A stretch of 64,000 nt of DNA from Trueperaceae bacterium (GTDB taxonomy: Bacteria; Deinococcota; Deinococci; Deinococcales; Trueperaceae), in the NCBI GenBank assembly GCA_965214405.1, contig OZ243956.1:2208001-2272000 (forward strand), in the 5' to 3' direction. The notes beneath the pieces were generated by a model. It made no database searches, was not told the DNA's origin, and saw only the letters and a program-made list of their open reading frames with translations. The position numbers were made by a program, and so were the translations under genes. Each line of letters begins with the position of its first letter. Positions within the stretch are counted from its first letter, which is position 1. This document shows positions 59,308 to 64,000 of the stretch, piece after piece.

Positions 59308-59508
59308 TTCACAGGTCGTCACATCCTAAACCCCGTGACCCAAGTATGTTTTAATTAGAAATGGATTAGGTCACACACCTTATCCTCATGGTGTCTTATG
59401 CTTTTTCACGTTAAAGCCAAACCGCGTCATGATAATTTGGTGCGTGAACGGCGCGCGAGCAAAGGTTAAAACAGTTAAGGTGGGGCACAGAGTCTATGGA
59501 GACAGGTC

Positions 59509-61215
59509 ATGGCGACAAGCTTAGCTGAGGTACAAGAACTTGTCGATAAGCGGTACGAGGGCGTCGCCCTCGAAAGTGCTGTGCAGGGTTGGTTCTACTT
59601 AGGAAATTACCAGCGCGGCATCGAGGCGTATGAGACGTTGGAAAAACCCTGTGGTCGGGACGACCGCTGGTTGGGCGTCTGTTACATGATGCTGCCCAAC
59701 CGCATGAGAGCGGTGGAAGTTCTTTACGGAGCCGCGTCCAAGGGGGAAAAAGCCGCCCACATCGAGCTTGCGCGCACCTTTTCTTTTCTCGAGCGAGACG
59801 CGGAGGCCACCGCTGAACTGGAGAAAGTCAAGCCCGAAGACTTGAGCGTTGCCGACCAGGTGCTTTGGTATAGAGCTCAGAGCATCCATCAGGAAACCGC
59901 CAACAGCTTACAGGCGTCTATAGATTTGGCTGAAGAGGCGTGGCGACGCGTGCAGGGCATTTCTGAATTTCCCATTCTCGCGCCCTGGGTCTTGATAAGG
60001 TTGGGTCTCCTAAACAGCAAGGTGGGACGGGCAAATCGGGCGCTGTGGTGCTTTGAACGGGGATTCGAAATCGCTGGTGAAACCGAAAAGTGGTACCTCC
60101 AGACGGCTCGTGTTGACTGTCTCATATCACTGGGTCATTACGCCGAGGCCATCACCGAACTCGAGAAGCTGAATTCTGAAGACGTACCGCCGGTGAGAAG
60201 AGCTCACCAGTTTATGTACGGCGCGGACGCAGCGTGGGCCACAGGCAACATAAAAGGTGCGCTGCACCTTTATGACCAAGCAGCCCAGTTGGCGCTCGCA
60301 ACCGAAGAAAATTACGTTGAAGTTTTGTCGCGCTTGTCGGTCGCCGCTCTTTTGGGTTTCCGCAGGGCGTTTGAGGCCGCCGCCGAAAACTTAGCGAGGG
60401 CCAAGTGGATTGCCAGCACCCGCTTTGAAAAACTTTCTATCCGCTTTCGTGAGGTGCTCCTCGCCTACTGGCGCGGCGCGTATAACCCTGAGCAGACACG
60501 CACCGAGTTAGAAGCGCTCGCCGCCGACTTCGGCACGATGGGCTTTTTGCAGGAGCAGGGGCGGGTGCGGCTGCATCTGGCGGAGGTCTACCGCTCTCTC
60601 GGCGGTGACCGCTATCTAGAAGAACTCGACGCGTTGCAGGCCTTGGGCGTGGCGCTACAAAATCACGCGTTTTTGGCTCGAGAGTGGACGCTCCTCCCCG
60701 AACTGCGCGAGGCCGCGTTGGTCACGCATCCCAAGCTGGCAGGCGAGACGCCGACGGTTTTAGAAGTTTACACGCTGGGTCAGGAAAAGCTGGTCTTGGC
60801 GGGGCAGACCGTCAACGTCCGGCTGCGGCGCGCGTCGGAAGTGCTCGCTTACTTTTTGGAGCGCCAGGAGGTCTCCTTGAAACGCCTCTTGGCGGACGTG
60901 TTCGCCGATGACAAACCCAAAACCGCGCGGACTTACTTCCACCAGTTCCGAAGCGAACTGCGCGAGCGCGTGCCGGGTCTCTCCGTTGAGTACGACGCAG
61001 AAAGCCGTTTGTACCGTTTGGAGAGCGAAATCGACATCCTTTGGGACGTAACCGAACTGCGGGCGGGGCGCAAGATGGGCGAGTTAGGCATCTTTTTGCC
61101 AAGTTCCGGGAGCGACTGGGCTTATGCGCTAGACGGGGAACTCGAGCCCCTTCGCAACCGCCCGGCCTATATTCCCGATTCGCCCAAGGCAACCCAGCAG
61201 ACCCAGAAAGCCTGA
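59509..61215 (+). CDS. TPR-repeat transcriptional regulator with C-terminal SARP/OmpR-like winged helix
   Basis: Helical repeats (LGNYQRGIEAY, VGRANRALWCFERG, LGHYAEAITEL, TGNIKGALHLYDQA), then LEVYTLGQ...EVLAYFL...LLADVF...ARTYFHQFRSELR...LYRL and a short BTAD-like tail (WDV...FLPSSGSDWA). Confidence 0.75.
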   Translation: MATSLAEVQELVDKRYEGVALESAVQGWFYLGNYQRGIEAYETLEKPCGRDDRWLGVCYMMLPNRMRAVEVLYGAASKGEKAAHIELARTFSFLERDAEATAELEKVKPEDLSVADQVLWYRAQSIHQETANSLQASIDLAEEAWRRVQGISEFPILAPWVLIRLGLLNSKVGRANRALWCFERGFEIAGETEKWYLQTARVDCLISLGHYAEAITELEKLNSEDVPPVRRAHQFMYGADAAWATGNIKGALHLYDQAAQLALATEENYVEVLSRLSVAALLGFRRAFEAAAENLARAKWIASTRFEKLSIRFREVLLAYWRGAYNPEQTRTELEALAADFGTMGFLQEQGRVRLHLAEVYRSLGGDRYLEELDALQALGVALQNHAFLAREWTLLPELREAALVTHPKLAGETPTVLEVYTLGQEKLVLAGQTVNVRLRRASEVLAYFLERQEVSLKRLLADVFADDKPKTARTYFHQFRSELRERVPGLSVEYDAESRLYRLESEIDILWDVTELRAGRKMGELGIFLPSSGSDWAYALDGELEPLRNRPAYIPDSPKATQQTQKA

Positions 61216-61463
61216 CCCGGCGAAGCGTTTAGCTTCCGCCACCCGGACCTGTGGCGCGTCCGTCTTCTGCGCCAGCGCCCACGACGCGCCTTTGGTTCGG
61301 TTCCTTGCGAAGCGCAAAACCTTATCATGTTCCAGAACGTTGAATGACTTTACAAAACGCGACAAGCGCGGGTATGATTAACGCACCCTTCGACAGCGTC
61401 GCATGACCAGGTAACAAACACGCGCGCACCGTTAATATGGCACCAGCACCCTTGGAGGCGAGA

Positions 61464-62330
61464 ATGGCACGCACGGTTAAAGGCGGTCTCATCCAGGCGT
61501 CAAACCCCATTCCGGGCGACGCCGACTTACAAAAAATCAAGCAGGCGATGCTCGACAAGCACATCCCCCTCATCGAGGAGGCGGGGCGGCAGGGGGTGCA
61601 GGTGCTCTGCTTGCAAGAGATTTTCTACGGCCCCTACTTCTGCCCCTCCCAAGACAGCAAGTGGTACACCACCGCCGAGCGGGTGCCGGACGGTCCCACG
61701 GTGCAGATGATGAGTGAGCTCGCCAAGCAGTACGGCATGGTCATGGTCGTGCCCGTCTACGAAGAAGAGATGGCAGGCGTTTACTACAACACCGCCGCCG
61801 TCATCGACGCCGACGGGACGTATCTCGGCAAATACCGCAAGACGCACATCCCGCAGGTGGCGGGCTTTTACGAGAAGTTCTTCTTCCGGCCCGGTAACTT
61901 GGGCTATCCAGTGTTTGAGACGGCGGTAGGCAAGGTGGGGGTCTATATCTGCTATGACCGCCACTTTCCCGAAGGCGCGCGGGCGCTGGGGCTTAACGGC
62001 GCAGAAATCGTCTTTAACCCGTCGGCGACCGTGGCGGGTTTGAGTGAATATCTTTGGAAGCTCGAGCAGCCCGCCCACGCCGTCGCCAACGGCTACTACG
62101 TCGGCGCAATCAACCGCGTCGGTCACGAAGAGCCCTGGGACATTGGCGAGTTTTACGGTCAGTCGTACTTTGTGAACCCCAGAGGCCAGTTTGTTTCGGT
62201 GGGTTCGCGCGATAAGGACGAACTCATCACCGCCGACTTGGACATGGACATGATCCGGGAGGTGCGCGACCTCTGGCAGTTCTACCGTGACCGGCGACCC
62301 GACATGTACGACGAGCTGGTGGAACTCTAA
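61464..62330 (+). CDS. nitrilase-family beta-ureidopropionase (N-carbamoyl-beta-alanine amidohydrolase)
   Basis: Catalytic triad E (CLQEIF), K (YRKTHIP), C (ICYDRHFPEG); adjacent to preT. Confidence 0.88.
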   Translation: MARTVKGGLIQASNPIPGDADLQKIKQAMLDKHIPLIEEAGRQGVQVLCLQEIFYGPYFCPSQDSKWYTTAERVPDGPTVQMMSELAKQYGMVMVVPVYEEEMAGVYYNTAAVIDADGTYLGKYRKTHIPQVAGFYEKFFFRPGNLGYPVFETAVGKVGVYICYDRHFPEGARALGLNGAEIVFNPSATVAGLSEYLWKLEQPAHAVANGYYVGAINRVGHEEPWDIGEFYGQSYFVNPRGQFVSVGSRDKDELITADLDMDMIREVRDLWQFYRDRRPDMYDELVEL

Positions 62331-62332
62331 AC

Positions 62333-62398
62333 AGTGACTAGTGGTGAGTGGTTAGTGGGTAAATTTTACTCATCACTCATCACTAAGCACTCATCACT
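62333..62398. repeat. inverted arrays of heptamer repeats (AGTGGTG-like / CACTCAT-like)
   Basis: agtgact agtggtg agtggtt agtgggt ... actcatc actcatc actaagc actcatc act. Confidence 0.75.
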
Positions 62399-63766
62399 AT
62401 GAATTTAGAGGATTTACAAGAGGGCTTTACCGAACTCAAACCGCCCATGTCAAAAAACGAGGCGCGCACCGAGGCGAACCGCTGCCTTTACTGTTTTGAC
62501 GCGCCCTGCATAAAAGCGTGTCCGACGAACATTGATGTGCCCACCTTTATACGCAAGATTTCGACGGACAACACCACCGGGGCGGCGGTGACGATTCTTT
62601 CCGCCAACCTTATGGGCGCGACTTGCGCGCGCGTCTGCCCCGTCGAGGAACTATGCGAGGGTGCTTGCGTCCTTAACGAAGAAAACCGCAAACCCATCGA
62701 GATAGGTCGCTTGCAGCGTTACGCGACGGACCATCTCTATGACAAGGGCGTCATGCCTTTCAAGCCCGCGCCGCACAACGGCAAACGCGTGGCCGTCGTC
62801 GGGGCCGGACCGGCGGGGCTCACCTGCGCGGGCGAGTTGGCGAAGTTGGGCTACCAGACGACCGTGTTTGAAAAGAACGCGCTCCCCGGCGGGCTCTCGA
62901 CCTACGGCATCGTGGTGATGCGCGAGCCCATCCGGGTGGCTTTGGAAGAGGTCGCCTTTGTCGAAAAGCTTGGGGTGGAGATTCGGACGGGCCTCGAGGT
63001 GGGCAAGGACGTTAGCGCGGATGAGCTAGGGAGTTACGACGCGGTTTTCTTGGGCGCGGGGATGGGAGGAGTGCCTAACTTGCACATCCCCGGTGAAGAC
63101 TTGGCGGGCGTGACCGAGGCGCTGTCCTTTATCGCCGAAACCAAGCTGGCGGAAAAGGAGGGGTTGGGGCATCTTCAAGACCTCCCCGTCGGCCAGCGGG
63201 TGGCGGTCATCGGCGCGGGCAACACCGCCGTCGACGCGGCGACGATTGCCAAGCGGCTCGGGGCCGAGCGCGTCACCCTCGTCTACCGCCGGAGCGAACG
63301 GGAGATGAGCGCCTATGATTTCGAGTACGCGTTTATCAAGAACGAGGGCGCGGAGTTTCGTTTTCTCACGCAGCCCGTGAAGATTTTGGGCGAGAACGGG
63401 CGCGTGACGGGGCTCGAGTGCGTCCAGATGCAGCTCAGCACCCCTGGACCGGACGGGCGGCGGCAAGTGGTGCCGGTGCCGGAGAGCGCGTTTGTGTTGG
63501 AGTGTGACCAGGTCATCAAGGCCATCGGGCAGGAGAAGCTTGTGCCGCTGTTTGAGGCGCTGGGGCTCGAGACCTTCCGAGGCTACGTCAAGGTGGACGA
63601 ACACCTACGCACCTCCAACCCCAAAATCTTCGCGGGCGGCGACTGCGTCAGGCTTGCAGGCGACGCCATGACCGTGACGGCGGCGCAAGACGGCAAGGTG
63701 GCGGCGCGGAGCATTCACGCGTGGCTGAGCGAGACGACCTCTCTTCCAAGTGAGGGCTCGAGATGA
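62399..63766 (+). CDS. preT: dihydropyrimidine dehydrogenase subunit A (GltD-like)
   Basis: EANRCLYCFDAPCIKACPT, CARVCPVEELCEGAC, GAGPAG, GAGNTAVD; operon context. Confidence 0.85.
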   Translation: MNLEDLQEGFTELKPPMSKNEARTEANRCLYCFDAPCIKACPTNIDVPTFIRKISTDNTTGAAVTILSANLMGATCARVCPVEELCEGACVLNEENRKPIEIGRLQRYATDHLYDKGVMPFKPAPHNGKRVAVVGAGPAGLTCAGELAKLGYQTTVFEKNALPGGLSTYGIVVMREPIRVALEEVAFVEKLGVEIRTGLEVGKDVSADELGSYDAVFLGAGMGGVPNLHIPGEDLAGVTEALSFIAETKLAEKEGLGHLQDLPVGQRVAVIGAGNTAVDAATIAKRLGAERVTLVYRRSEREMSAYDFEYAFIKNEGAEFRFLTQPVKILGENGRVTGLECVQMQLSTPGPDGRRQVVPVPESAFVLECDQVIKAIGQEKLVPLFEALGLETFRGYVKVDEHLRTSNPKIFAGGDCVRLAGDAMTVTAAQDGKVAARSIHAWLSETTSLPSEGSR

Positions 63767-64000
63767 GCAGCAAGGTGCTAAAGGAGCGGGAAACGCGGCT
63801 TTATGACCAGGATTTCAACCTTTGGTTAGACGAGCAAGTCACCTTTTTACGTCAAGGACGCGTGAACGAACTCGATCTGGAGAATTTGGCCGAGGAGGTT
63901 GAATCCATCGGACGTAGCGACAAACGCGAGGTCTACAACCGCCTGACGGTGCTCATGACGCACCTTCTCAAGGTTCAGTTTCAGCCTGACAAGCGCACAC
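63763..64000 (+). CDS. DUF29-family protein, 3' end outside window
   Basis: Manual translation MSSKVLKERETRLYDQDFNLWLDEQVTFLRQGRVNELDLENLAEEVESIGRSDKREVYNRLTVLMTHLLKVQFQPDKRT; ATGA overlap with the preT stop. Confidence 0.85.
   Translation, partial: MSSKVLKERETRLYDQDFNLWLDEQVTFLRQGRVNELDLENLAEEVESIGRSDKREVYNRLTVLMTHLLKVQFQPDKRT

Noticed and set aside
59344..59414. RDRM (DdrO box)-like words GTATGTTTTAATTAGAA and TTATGCTTTTTCACGTT
   Set aside because: They mismatch the conserved right half of the 17-bp palindrome; too weak to call.

Overview
This is a GC-rich chromosomal window, most likely from Deinococcota (Trueperaceae-like, inferred from the Thermus/Deinococcus-type PilF architecture, the gene repertoire and strong CTCGAG enrichment). 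It contains housekeeping genes (aroA, cmk, NAD kinase, ppc, recQ, obgE, rpmA, rplU, rplS, tRNA-Ala(GGC)) and an exbB-exbD operon whose TonB-like third gene ends in a DUF3048/YerB-like domain. It also has a Wzx/Wzy polysaccharide locus with a decayed distal end, two paralogous beta-helix lipoproteins flanking an OLD-like ATPase-TOPRIM gene, pilB(F)-pilT, two LEA-like genes, two near-identical IS5-family copies each inserted into a TAG stop codon, a peptidase/ABC-import operon and the start of a reductive pyrimidine catabolism operon. The best candidate for an undescribed system is at 57.5-61.2 kb. There, a 43-aa secreted propeptide carrying two synonymously diverged copies of AGLEHR lies divergent from a TPR plus winged-helix regulator and upstream of an HD-GYP phosphodiesterase, an arrangement resembling RRNPP-type peptide signalling. 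All product calls come from recognising motifs by eye; no database searches were run.
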